Assembly (NCBI GenBank): GCA_036339875.1
Contig: JAYZAC010000173.1
Location: forward strand, 1-26,099
Direction: 5' to 3'
Origin: a bacterium
GTDB taxonomy: Bacteria; Muiribacteriota; UBA6191
Length of the DNA: 26,099 nt
Shown here: positions 9,366-18,112 of the stretch, in pieces
Position numbering within the stretch: position 1 is the stretch's first letter
Layout: every line of letters starts with the position of its first letter
The notes under the pieces: model-generated
Databases searched by the model: none
What the model saw: the letters and a program-made list of their open reading frames with translations, nothing else
Told to the model about the DNA's origin: nothing
Position numbers and translations under genes: made by a program

Positions 9366-9776
9366 TTATTCATAATTTTCATCTTCTATTGGTGGTGATT
9401 TGCTGGAACCGCTATCAAATACTTCCCGCGCTGTTTCTATTGCGAAAAGGGCTGTTGGAAAACCGGCGAATAGAGCAAGGTGAATGAATACCTCAATTAT
9501 CTCATCCTCTTTAAGTCCTGCATTCATGGAAGAAATGATGTGTGTTTTAAGCTGTGGTTTGAGACCTTGCATTGCTAAAGAGGTTAATGCAATAATTTCT
9601 CTGGATTTGTAACCAAGTTGCGGACGATTGTAGATTTCTCCGTATCCCCATTCCACGATATACTTTGTTATATCTTGGTTTTGCGCTGAAAGAGCTTCGA
9701 TGATTAAATCCCATTTATCACCTAGTAATTTTCGACCTGTTTCCTCTCCAGTTTCTATTCGACTCTTTTTCCACAT
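9366..9776 (-). CDS. Carboxymuconolactone decarboxylase (CMD) family protein
   Basis: YGEIYNRPQL..KSREIIALTSL, QLKTHI..MNAGL..DEIIEVFIHLALFAGFP; AAGGAG 5 nt upstream of ATG 9776 favours this start over 9800. Confidence 0.85.
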   Translation of the reverse strand: MWKKSRIETGEETGRKLLGDKWDLIIEALSAQNQDITKYIVEWGYGEIYNRPQLGYKSREIIALTSLAMQGLKPQLKTHIISSMNAGLKEDEIIEVFIHLALFAGFPTALFAIETAREVFDSGSSKSPPIEDENYE

Positions 9777-9870
9777 GTCGGCTCCTTGTTTTACCATCAA
9801 GTTTAAAAACTTAGGTCTTAAATTTTAAGACATTGTAGGTCATTGTATAATGACACTAGGAGTTTACGTA

Positions 9871-10854
9871 ATGAAATTTCGAGCAAAAAATTGTCAGCTA
9901 TCCATAAGTTTAGACCCCTCGGTAAATACGTATGAGGATCAATACGAATCTTTTTCTAAAATCGGCGATGAATTTGTTTGCAATATAAAATCAGATGACT
10001 CCAGAGAAGGGAAAAAGGCAATTCACCTACTGTTACCTGCCAACATCGGAGTGGAAATTATCCTTGAGCAAGTTGAGCTTTCAATTAATGACACTAGTGG
10101 AAGTATTCAACTGGACTTAAATAGTTGTGAGGTTTTACTTGTTAATTTGATGGGTAATTTAATAGTTAAAGCTCAGAATTCAATGATTCGATTTATTGGA
10201 GGAAGTGGAGAATTGAAGGCTGATATAAGTCATTGTGATTTGATAGGGGTGTTTGGTTACAGCCAGATGTTATTCAATACAAGGTCTTGCAATATAGAAC
10301 TATCGTCCAGACAGGGGTGTGAGGCTACATGGTCTTTCTATGGAGACGGGAATCGAATTCTTTTTGATCCTGAAATAAAGCCCAATCTAATGGTATCTTC
10401 GGTCCAAGATGATTGGGCTCATTCTGGTAAAAATCCAGAAATATTTGTTAATGTTTTTGGAGAGCAAAGGGATTTAGGTTTTTTTGATATGGAATTTAAT
10501 GATTCTGAGAGCCCAGCTAGTATTGATACTGAAAGCTTGTGTACTCAAGATTTTTTAACTGAGAGTCTGGAAACTGTTGAATCGAATGAGGACTTGATGA
10601 ATATGTTTGATCATTATGAGGATCAGATCAATACAAAGTTAAACGAGTTAAATGAGTCTACTGATACGAAAGTTAATAGTGAAGATTATCCAACTATTTC
10701 AGAAGACGATGATATTCAAAATATGGATCCGCTAAAACCCATTAAAATTGGCCATCATAAATTGATAATGAATCTTCATTTAGAAGGTAAGATTAGTTTA
10801 ACCGAGATGGAGTTACTATTGAAAGATTTAGAAAAAATAGAGGGGCAGCAATGA
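9871..10854 (+). CDS. Hypothetical cytoplasmic protein: beta-strand-repeat (DUF4097-like) N-terminus, acidic linker, SHOCT-like C-terminal helix pair
   Basis: AGGAG at 9858-9862 before ATG 9871; repeated short beta-strand/Gly pattern (SGSIQLDL, MGNLIVKA, SGELKADI); C-terminal IMNLHLEGKISLTEMELLLKDLE. Domain calls are tentative. Confidence 0.55.
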   Translation: MKFRAKNCQLSISLDPSVNTYEDQYESFSKIGDEFVCNIKSDDSREGKKAIHLLLPANIGVEIILEQVELSINDTSGSIQLDLNSCEVLLVNLMGNLIVKAQNSMIRFIGGSGELKADISHCDLIGVFGYSQMLFNTRSCNIELSSRQGCEATWSFYGDGNRILFDPEIKPNLMVSSVQDDWAHSGKNPEIFVNVFGEQRDLGFFDMEFNDSESPASIDTESLCTQDFLTESLETVESNEDLMNMFDHYEDQINTKLNELNESTDTKVNSEDYPTISEDDDIQNMDPLKPIKIGHHKLIMNLHLEGKISLTEMELLLKDLEKIEGQQ

Positions 10855-11381
10855 GGCAAATTTTTGTTTTGTTTTTGCTAATATTCAGTTTTGATAGTTG
10901 GGGAACTCCACCTGTAGACTCTCTCAAATACTCACTTCCAATAGTTTTTGAAAAGCAAAGAGAGGTAATTTACGGTGATAACGAAGCTGACATTTATTTC
11001 TCATTCACTCCAAGATTTAAGGTTGAGCAAGTTTTTCTAAGTCTAACAAGTTCTCATCCAGACCATCTTTTGATAAAGTCTGGAGATAAGCTTTATTCAA
11101 CAACCAGTCAGTATGTGTACACGCAGAAGGATTCAATTTCCAAAGTGAGGTTCAAGGTTGTGAGGTTGGGTACATTTTCAATGGCATCTATTAAAATGAA
11201 GCTAGAATTTAAATTGCCAATTCAAGAAATGGTAGATTGGATTCGCGTAGATTCCGAAAAAAAATATCCAATTCTTGAGGCACGCGAAAAGTTGATATAC
11301 CTAATTAATCAATCTAAAGAAATGGCTGAGGAAGCAATCGGTATATTTTTGTATCGTAAGCGTTTTTTATCGGATCATTAG
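10851..11381 (+). CDS. Hypothetical exported protein
   Basis: ATGA overlap with upstream stop; GAGGGG SD; signal-peptide-like MRQIFVLFLLIFSFDSWG. Confidence 0.7.
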   Translation: MRQIFVLFLLIFSFDSWGTPPVDSLKYSLPIVFEKQREVIYGDNEADIYFSFTPRFKVEQVFLSLTSSHPDHLLIKSGDKLYSTTSQYVYTQKDSISKVRFKVVRLGTFSMASIKMKLEFKLPIQEMVDWIRVDSEKKYPILEAREKLIYLINQSKEMAEEAIGIFLYRKRFLSDH

Positions 11382-11520
11382 GATTTTTGGGTCTTTTTTG
11401 TGATCAATTCGTTCTTTCAATGTGGTTATTTTATTCTTTTTTTGAGTAGGAATATTGCTCATTATTATTATTCTAAATATTTTTGTTTTGATTCTATTTT
11501 TATAAGTATTTAATTGGTGA

Positions 11521-11549
11521 TTGAATTGACTAGTTTGATTTTGTAGAAT
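11521..11549 (+). promoter_or_regulatory. Putative sigma70 promoter of the beta-barrel gene
   Basis: TTGAAT (11521-11526), 17-nt spacer, TAGAAT (11544-11549), after a very AT-rich tract; GAGGA SD at 11572-11576. Confidence 0.55.
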
Positions 11550-11582
11550 AATGTTGAAGTTGTTTGGATACGAGGAACCAAC

Positions 11583-12320
11583 ATGAATTTCAAATCTACT
11601 ATCTTTTGTCTTTTTATTTTGTTCGCACAGTCTATTCCAGCTTATGAGGCTTTATTCGACGCCTCTCTACGCTGGTGGAACCCTCAGACTAAAGGGGGTT
11701 TGGGTGATCAAAACCAAGCTGCATCGGTACATGACAAATCCGATACGGGTCTTGGATTAGCATTTAGGATAGATTTTGGGCGCACTATAACTGAATTGGT
11801 TTACTCACGTTTCAACATAAGTTCCCCTACACTTAACAATAATCAGCTGATGTTGACACCTTTTCGAACATCCAATCAGGCTCGATTTAGAGTTGAAATG
11901 GATACTTATGACATTCATGCTCGGAATCTCATTCATGAGAACGAGTATGTCAGTTTGCGTTGGTCTTACGGTATAACTGTTTTAGAAGCAGATATTTCTC
12001 AGTTCGATGTCTTGGGTAGTCAAGCAACAATGGATACTGCAGGAGTTGTGCCAATGCTGGGTATTGAAGCAGAGTGGTTCATTACAAATGATGTTTCATT
12101 CCGCTCACATTATCGTTTTGGCGACAGGAACATAGGTTCTGATGACATGCGTCTTAAGGATTTCGAGCTTGCATTAATATGGGCTCCTTGGTACGCGGCT
12201 AATCTGGAGCTTGGTTATCGAAACTTGAGTGTTGATTTGGTGAAAGATTTTTCCACTCATCAGAGTTTTCTGAAGCAGGATTTTCGTGGACTATATAGCC
12301 AATTGAATTGGCAGTTCTAA
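11583..12320 (+). CDS. Outer-membrane beta-barrel protein
   Basis: Signal peptide; alternating amphipathic strands (MLGIEAEWFI, ANLELGYR); C-terminal beta-signal GLYSQLNWQF ending in Phe. Confidence 0.75.
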   Translation: MNFKSTIFCLFILFAQSIPAYEALFDASLRWWNPQTKGGLGDQNQAASVHDKSDTGLGLAFRIDFGRTITELVYSRFNISSPTLNNNQLMLTPFRTSNQARFRVEMDTYDIHARNLIHENEYVSLRWSYGITVLEADISQFDVLGSQATMDTAGVVPMLGIEAEWFITNDVSFRSHYRFGDRNIGSDDMRLKDFELALIWAPWYAANLELGYRNLSVDLVKDFSTHQSFLKQDFRGLYSQLNWQF

Positions 12321-12394
12321 AGTTTGACGAGAAATCTGATGTCTGCGCTTTTCAGTCCAAAATCGCGAGATTAGTATGAACCAATATTGAAGAT

Positions 12395-12631
12395 CTACTT
12401 TTCGGGGCTTTTATCTTTTGCATTGTCTTCGGGACAATCATGCGAAGGGGATTTGTGTACCAGCGTCGTGGGTTCCTCCTCAATTGCATTGGTTAGTTCT
12501 TGCCCAGCTTTCTTGAATTCTTTTATACCTTTACCCAGACCTCTACCAATTTCAGGAAGTTTTTTAGGGCCAAAGACGAGGAGGGCGATTACTAAAATCA
12601 CACTAAGTTCTAACATACCAATACCGAACAC
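12395..12631 (-). CDS. tatA: Twin-arginine translocase subunit TatA/E
   Basis: [49 protein letters not shown] upstream of GTG. Confidence 0.95.
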   Translation of the reverse strand: MFGIGMLELSVILVIALLVFGPKKLPEIGRGLGKGIKEFKKAGQELTNAIEEEPTTLVHKSPSHDCPEDNAKDKSPEK

Positions 12632-12680
12632 GAGAAAACTCCTTAAACTATACTTATGATGAATTATACCCTAATTTGGA

Positions 12681-14432
12681 CTAAATTAGTTGATTTCGGA
12701 TTTTGGGTAGACCAATTTTCGGAAAATCATCATTGCTTCTAGAGATTGCTCCCTTATGAACCAACTTAGTTATAAATTCTTTTATTTCGATTTGACTGTA
12801 GTCAGATAGGACACCATAGTGGTCACAGCCATGTAGGTTTCGGTCAAATAAAGCTTGCGAGCGTCCTCCGCAAAGAAGTTCTGCAATTGTTGAGATCCCG
12901 TATCGCATTGGATGAGTTTTCAAAGCAGCATAAATTTCTTGCGCAACTGGCCCAGCGCTGTCTATACGAATTTGATGCTCATCTAGGCAATGACTACAAT
13001 TTCCACATATTGTTGGATTAGTTTGAAAATAATGTTGTAATGAGGCTCTAAGACAAGTGCTCTGTAAACAGAATCCTTCCATGAGATCTAGTTTGCGTTT
13101 AGCTTCATTGGTATTATTATCGAGAATGCCTAGTGGTAATTTGGATAGATCAAACTTATCATTTAAGCTGTAAGATTTTATATTTCCTTTGGTAACCCAT
13201 GAGATCATCGAGAGGTCCTCTAATAATTGGAGATATCGAAGTAACTTACGTCCCTCTAATTTCTCGGAGATAGAGCTTAAATTGTCTCTTAATTCCTGAT
13301 CAGTTAAATCGAGTGGATATTCTTGACGATTGAAGAAATCCATAAGGTGTTGAGTTACGAAAGAATCAGGTTGAGAGTTAGCTATGAAAAATTCGTGGAT
13401 TTTACGATCTGATAAGCTATATAACATTAAGCATTCCGCTTTTTTTCCATCTCGCCCAGCTCTACCGGTTTCTTGAATATACTGTTCCATTGATCCAGGC
13501 ATCTCAAAGTGTAAGACAAAACGTAAATCAGGTAGATTGACTCCCATGCCGAAAGCATTAGTTGCGATAATCCACTTTAAATTATTTTTGCAAAAATTTT
13601 CTTGAACTCGTTTTCTATCACTGTCAGATAATCCCCCATGATAACTTCCTACGTTTGGGTTAAATTTACGACACAAGGAATAAACTATTTCTACGGACTT
13701 ACGAGTACTACAAAAAATAATTCCTTTTTTTTCGTGTTTATCTTTTAAGAATTCTATTAAGGAGTTTTCTTTTTTAAGGACTTGCTTTACAGAATATTTG
13801 AGATTAGGACGATCAAGTATTCCGATCTGAAGAAGGGCTTTATTATCAAACTTAAGCTCGCGGGTTATATCATCGCGTACTTTCTGTGTTGCGGTTGCTG
13901 TGACGGCTAACACTGGAATATTATTATATTTCCGTAATTCTTTTATTTGACGATAAGATGGTCGAAAATCATGTCCCCAGTGAGATAAACAATGTGCTTC
14001 ATCAACTGCAAGTAGTGCGATGGACTGCTTCTTGAGTAGATGATTATATACAAATTGAAAGGAGCGTGTGTGAATACGCTCCGGCGCTATATAAACTAGC
14101 TTAAATTTTTGATTCGCAGTCATTGCCAAAGTTCTGCGTAATTCTACGAAGTTTAGGCTGCTATTGATATAAGCGGCAGAGATTCCCAATTTTCTTAATT
14201 GATCTACTTGATCCTTCATTAAAGATACAAGAGGAGAAATGACGAAAGTAACACCATTTTTCAATAGAGCGGGTATTTGGAATGTGAGTGATTTTCCAGC
14301 GCCTGTGGGTAGAACGGCAAGACAGTCTTTTCCTGACATAACTGCGTCTATGATCTCTTTCTGATTTGGTCGAAATTGTTCAAAACCAAAGACCTGTTTT
14401 AATACTTTTTGCATTTCTTTTTCTTGATACAT
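12681..14432 (-). CDS. recQ: RecQ-family ATP-dependent DNA helicase (no HRDC domain)
   Basis: LPTGAGKSLTFQIP, VDEAHCLSHWGHDFRPSY, ATNAFGMGV, QETGRAGRDG, Zn module CLR...YF...CGNCSHC, RQC winged helix at the C-terminus. Confidence 0.92.
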   Translation of the reverse strand: MYQEKEMQKVLKQVFGFEQFRPNQKEIIDAVMSGKDCLAVLPTGAGKSLTFQIPALLKNGVTFVISPLVSLMKDQVDQLRKLGISAAYINSSLNFVELRRTLAMTANQKFKLVYIAPERIHTRSFQFVYNHLLKKQSIALLAVDEAHCLSHWGHDFRPSYRQIKELRKYNNIPVLAVTATATQKVRDDITRELKFDNKALLQIGILDRPNLKYSVKQVLKKENSLIEFLKDKHEKKGIIFCSTRKSVEIVYSLCRKFNPNVGSYHGGLSDSDRKRVQENFCKNNLKWIIATNAFGMGVNLPDLRFVLHFEMPGSMEQYIQETGRAGRDGKKAECLMLYSLSDRKIHEFFIANSQPDSFVTQHLMDFFNRQEYPLDLTDQELRDNLSSISEKLEGRKLLRYLQLLEDLSMISWVTKGNIKSYSLNDKFDLSKLPLGILDNNTNEAKRKLDLMEGFCLQSTCLRASLQHYFQTNPTICGNCSHCLDEHQIRIDSAGPVAQEIYAALKTHPMRYGISTIAELLCGGRSQALFDRNLHGCDHYGVLSDYSQIEIKEFITKLVHKGAISRSNDDFPKIGLPKIRNQLI

Positions 14433-14542
14433 GATTCAGTAGATCCGATATTACAGAAGAACAATTTTAACAGTATTTGATTTTTTTTGTATGCAATTTA
14501 AATTAGGGGGAAGTACTGCGGGTGATATCTAGCGGTAGTTTT

Positions 14543-14570
14543 AATGAGCATAATGTATCTTATGTTAACT
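14543..14570 (+). other. XerCD dif-like recombination site
   Basis: AATGAGCATAA-TGTATC-TTATGTTAACT in 11-6-11 layout; 23/28 identical to E. coli dif (GGTGCGCATAA-TGTATA-TTATGTTAAAT); intergenic. Confidence 0.85.
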
Positions 14571-14621
14571 AAACTCAAGTTTAATGCATCTATTTGTTTG
14601 TGAACTGATAATTTTAGCTTA

Positions 14622-15344
14622 TTACCACGGAGAGTTTTTCAGGTATCCCATTTGTTCAAGTACTTCATCTAGCTCGTCTCTTAAGACTTTAATATGTTCT
14701 TGATTAAATACCGTCCGCCATTGATTAGTGTGTTGTTTTAAATCTGAGTCTACAGCAATATTTTCTTTAGAATTGCTAATCGATGGAATAATACTCTTGT
14801 TTAGAGATGGATTACACAGATCTTCGTACTTAATAATATTGGTACTTGCGCCTAAGCTTTTAATTTCAACAATTCCGTTTAATCCTGTACCAATACTATT
14901 CAGCCATTTTATAGCGCAATCTCTTACCTCTTCAGTTTGGATAGCTTCTGGGTTCAACTCATTTTTGCTCTTCAGTTCTGAGGCCACAACATCTCGTCCA
15001 TCGCGTAAAAAGAATATGAATTCCGCCTCTGGGAATAATTGATATAGTTTTGGGTAAAACATGTAATTCTGATAGCTTGTTTCAATTGTTTTATGGCATC
15101 CTTCGGGGATTTTTGACATTAGTACTTTAGATATTAATTGACGAAAAATGGAGTAACAATCTTCTTTATTAATGCCATATTCACGTAAAAATATTTCAGC
15201 GGTTTCAAAATTGGATAGCGCAGATAATTGTTCAACAACGAGATTAAGTGCTGGTGGGCAAAAGATTTTGGGCCTAGATGCACAAATTTCTCTGATAGCT
15301 AGTAAACAATCGTCTGTTGATGCGCCAGCAAATATAAGCTTCAT
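14622..15344 (-). CDS. Degenerate sulfotransferase paralog (5'-PSB loop lost, 3'-PB motif kept)
   Basis: Colinear with the upstream sulfotransferase (EYGINKE, LRDGRDVVAS, IKYEDL, LEQMGY) but has FAGASTDDCLL in place of FIGGAGRSGTT; ATGA overlap with upstream stop. Confidence 0.75.
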   Translation of the reverse strand: MKLIFAGASTDDCLLAIREICASRPKIFCPPALNLVVEQLSALSNFETAEIFLREYGINKEDCYSIFRQLISKVLMSKIPEGCHKTIETSYQNYMFYPKLYQLFPEAEFIFFLRDGRDVVASELKSKNELNPEAIQTEEVRDCAIKWLNSIGTGLNGIVEIKSLGASTNIIKYEDLCNPSLNKSIIPSISNSKENIAVDSDLKQHTNQWRTVFNQEHIKVLRDELDEVLEQMGYLKNSPW

Positions 15345-16189
15345 AATGAGTTACCATTTATTGAAGTTTTAGGGAGATCTTCAATCCATTTTTCATTTTT
15401 GCAGTAACCCAAATCAATAAGTAAATCCCCGGCTTCCGCCCAAATAATCTGTCCTTCTTGGCGAGTTAAAATCTTTTTGTATCGTCCGATTGAGGTTTTG
15501 TAAAGAGGCTTGTTTACCTGCGTTGCACTAGCTTCGGATGCTAAGTTACGATTTACTTTGTGAAACTCCAGAACGTTATGATTCCAATTTTCATCCAAAA
15601 AATTAAATAGGTTTCTGAGTTGAATCTCTGTTGAGTTTAAGAGATCTTCATATCTTATCTCATAGTAATGTTTTGTTGCTGAATCTATTTTTGTGATTTC
15701 TCGTGCTTTCAAAATAGAGTTTTTCCAGTGTTCTACGGCTTTGCGAGAGTCAATCGTGACATCCATAGCTTTACCCGTTCTTAAATCAATCCAATTTTGC
15801 GATCGTAAAGAGGCTACGACGTCACGACCATCTCTTATGATTTGAATGAGTGGACTGCTAGGGAAAATCTCATGTAATTGTGAAAAAACAGTACAGTTAC
15901 CAGGGGTTTTTTCGGCTAATCTCCTTTTGCCACTTTCTTTAAGAAATCGAGAGGTTAATGTTAGAAATAAATTACGGAACATTTGGAGATTTGCTTCTTT
16001 GTTTATTCCATACTCCGCTAACATATGAGCTCTAGAATCGTAATTCTCCCACAACAATGCTAGTGTTGGTGTCATTCGAAACTCAGGTCCACAACAAATT
16101 TCTGGATGTGAATCTAAGATTACGCGAAGAAGAGTAGTGCCCGATCTACCGGCTCCTCCTATAAATATCGGCGAGTTATTTTTGCTCAT
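15341..16189 (-). CDS. PAPS-dependent sulfotransferase (Sulfotransfer_3, TPST-like)
   Basis: 5'-PSB PIFIGGAGRSGTTLL, SHPEICCGPE, AEKTP, 3'-PB IIRDGRDVVAS, RYEDL, ASATQVNKPLYKTSIGRY. Confidence 0.9.
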   Translation of the reverse strand: MSKNNSPIFIGGAGRSGTTLLRVILDSHPEICCGPEFRMTPTLALLWENYDSRAHMLAEYGINKEANLQMFRNLFLTLTSRFLKESGKRRLAEKTPGNCTVFSQLHEIFPSSPLIQIIRDGRDVVASLRSQNWIDLRTGKAMDVTIDSRKAVEHWKNSILKAREITKIDSATKHYYEIRYEDLLNSTEIQLRNLFNFLDENWNHNVLEFHKVNRNLASEASATQVNKPLYKTSIGRYKKILTRQEGQIIWAEAGDLLIDLGYCKNEKWIEDLPKTSINGNSL

Positions 16190-16259
16190 TGTTTTGTAAG
16201 TCGTAATTATTTAATAATTAATTCAAAGTTAGATCAAATCTTAAGGCTATTTTCTATTT

Positions 16260-16703
16260 CTACAAGTTTCTAGACTGGATAAAATACTGAGTTTTTTTTA
16301 AGAAGTATTTTTTGAAATCTTCAAGAATAAGATCATGATCAAAAACTAATTTGGGTAATTCATCAAGATTAAACCATTTTGCGTCGGCAGCATCATCTTG
16401 GGCGCATAATTTCCCTGAGATAGTATTGCTTATAAACACTGTAGATATAGTGTGAAGACGATTATCGCGGCTAGGGTTTGAATAAGTTTGAAACTGACAA
16501 ATTAGCTCCACTTCAAGGCTTGTTTCTTCTAAGGCTTCTCTTGTAGCTGCGGCTTCGAGACTTTCACCATAATCAACAAATCCACCCGGTAAGGCCCACC
16601 CTAAAGGCGTGTTCTTTCTCTTGATGAGAACGATTTCATATCTTTGCTTATCAAGTATAATTAGATCAACAGTTGGTACTGGATTCTTAAATTTGGATAC
16701 CAT
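16260..16703 (-). CDS. Nudix hydrolase (ADP-ribose pyrophosphatase-like)
   Basis: Nudix box [50 protein letters not shown]; 17-nt overlap with the upstream regulator. Confidence 0.9.
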   Translation of the reverse strand: MVSKFKNPVPTVDLIILDKQRYEIVLIKRKNTPLGWALPGGFVDYGESLEAAATREALEETSLEVELICQFQTYSNPSRDNRLHTISTVFISNTISGKLCAQDDAADAKWFNLDELPKLVFDHDLILEDFKKYFLKKTQYFIQSRNL

Positions 16704-18021
16704 GTTTTTCGAGTCTTGAATAAAGTTTACGCCTAGTGATTTTCAAGATTTTAGCTGCGTTAGTCTTATTTCCAAATGATTCATCGATCGCTTTGAGGAT
16801 TATTTCTTTCTCAATTTCACTCAAAGATTTACCCTCTTTTAATTGCCTAAATGCAATATCAGTTAGTGGGGTTTCCTTTTTAGGCTGTAAGCCGCTAATA
16901 GACTTAGGGAGAGCATATTTATCTAGTAAATTGCCATCACTGAGGACTACACAGCGATGGATAATATTTTCTAGTTCTCTTACATTGCCTGGCCAGTGGT
17001 AGGCTCTCAAGACACTAATGAATTCAGAGTCTACATTCATCTCTTCGCTAGCATGTTTTTGTAGAAAATGTTCTACAAGGAGTGGTAAATCTTCCATTCT
17101 ATTGCGTAGATTGGGAACTTCTATTTCTATTATATTCAGTCTGTAGTACAGATCCTCTCGGAATCTATGATCGGAGATCATTTCTTCAATATTACTATTT
17201 GTAGCAGCCAAAACTCTACAATTAACATGCACGGGTAGAGTGTCACCAATTGGCATAATCTGAAAATCTTGGAGGACTCTGAGTAGTTTAGCTTGAAAGC
17301 TCAAGGGCATTTCACTTATTTCATCCATGAAGAGTGTACCTTCGTTTGATGCCATAAACTTTCCTTGAGTATCCTGGTCTGCACCAGTGAAACTCCCCTT
17401 TTTATATCCGAAAAACTCTGATTCCATCAGGTTCTCAGGTATCGCAGCCATATTTATTGGGACAAAAGGTTGATGAGCTCTGTCAGAATGCAGATGCAGT
17501 TGTCTTGCAACAAGTTCCTTTCCTGAGCCACTTTCACCTCTAATCAAAACTGTAGCACTGGAAGGTCCAATTCTTTGAATTTTATTTTTTAATTCTTTAA
17601 TCTCTTGGGATTCGCCAACTAAATCAAATCCAGCAATGGAAGGTCGGGTCTGTTTAGAATGCTTTTTACCACCAATATTATTAATTTTTTCTTCTAGTTC
17701 TTCCCACTCAAATGGTTTAGTAATGTATTCCGATGCTCCCCTTTTGATGGCTTCGACCGCATTGGGAATTGAGGAATAGGCTGTCATTAAAATAATTTTT
17801 GCTTCTGGTCGAAGTTCGCGAATTCTATCAATCATTTCCAGCCCGTCAATATTTGGCATTTTGAAATCAGTTAGGACAATGTCGAATTTCTCTCGTTGCA
17901 ATACATTTAAGGCTGTTATGGGATTACTGAAGATTTCTACTTTGTATCCACGTTTAGATAACAGTTTCCGGATTGTTTCCGTCATTAATTCTTCGTCGTC
18001 TACGACCAGTATTTTGGACAT
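16687..18021 (-). CDS. Sigma54-dependent response regulator (NtrC/AtoC family: REC, AAA+, Fis HTH)
   Basis: [95 protein letters not shown]. Confidence 0.95.
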   Translation of the reverse strand: MSKILVVDDEELMTETIRKLLSKRGYKVEIFSNPITALNVLQREKFDIVLTDFKMPNIDGLEMIDRIRELRPEAKIILMTAYSSIPNAVEAIKRGASEYITKPFEWEELEEKINNIGGKKHSKQTRPSIAGFDLVGESQEIKELKNKIQRIGPSSATVLIRGESGSGKELVARQLHLHSDRAHQPFVPINMAAIPENLMESEFFGYKKGSFTGADQDTQGKFMASNEGTLFMDEISEMPLSFQAKLLRVLQDFQIMPIGDTLPVHVNCRVLAATNSNIEEMISDHRFREDLYYRLNIIEIEVPNLRNRMEDLPLLVEHFLQKHASEEMNVDSEFISVLRAYHWPGNVRELENIIHRCVVLSDGNLLDKYALPKSISGLQPKKETPLTDIAFRQLKEGKSLSEIEKEIILKAIDESFGNKTNAAKILKITRRKLYSRLEKHGIQI

Positions 18022-18112
18022 GGTCCTCCCTTGCTTTCATTGTACAAGATTTTTGACTTCTTTTCTTCTGCTGGATAAGCTTGTTGAAAACCAATTAATT
18101 AGGAGTAATTTG

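Noticed and set aside
11382..11520. Very T-rich intergenic tract with ATT triplets
   Set aside because: No stable structure, ORF or regular repeat; consistent with an ordinary AT-rich upstream region.
16204..16220. Perfect palindrome TAATTATT-t-AATAATTA upstream of the sulfotransferase; considered as a second dif or a Fur/PerR box
   Set aside because: Lacks the TTATG XerD arm, does not fit Fur/PerR consensus, and is all A/T in an AT-rich gap; an operator role cannot be supported.
17861..18112. 84-aa N-terminal extension of pta in the ORF track
   Set aside because: Overlaps the divergent regulator gene; Pta similarity and a strong AGGAG support ATG 18113.
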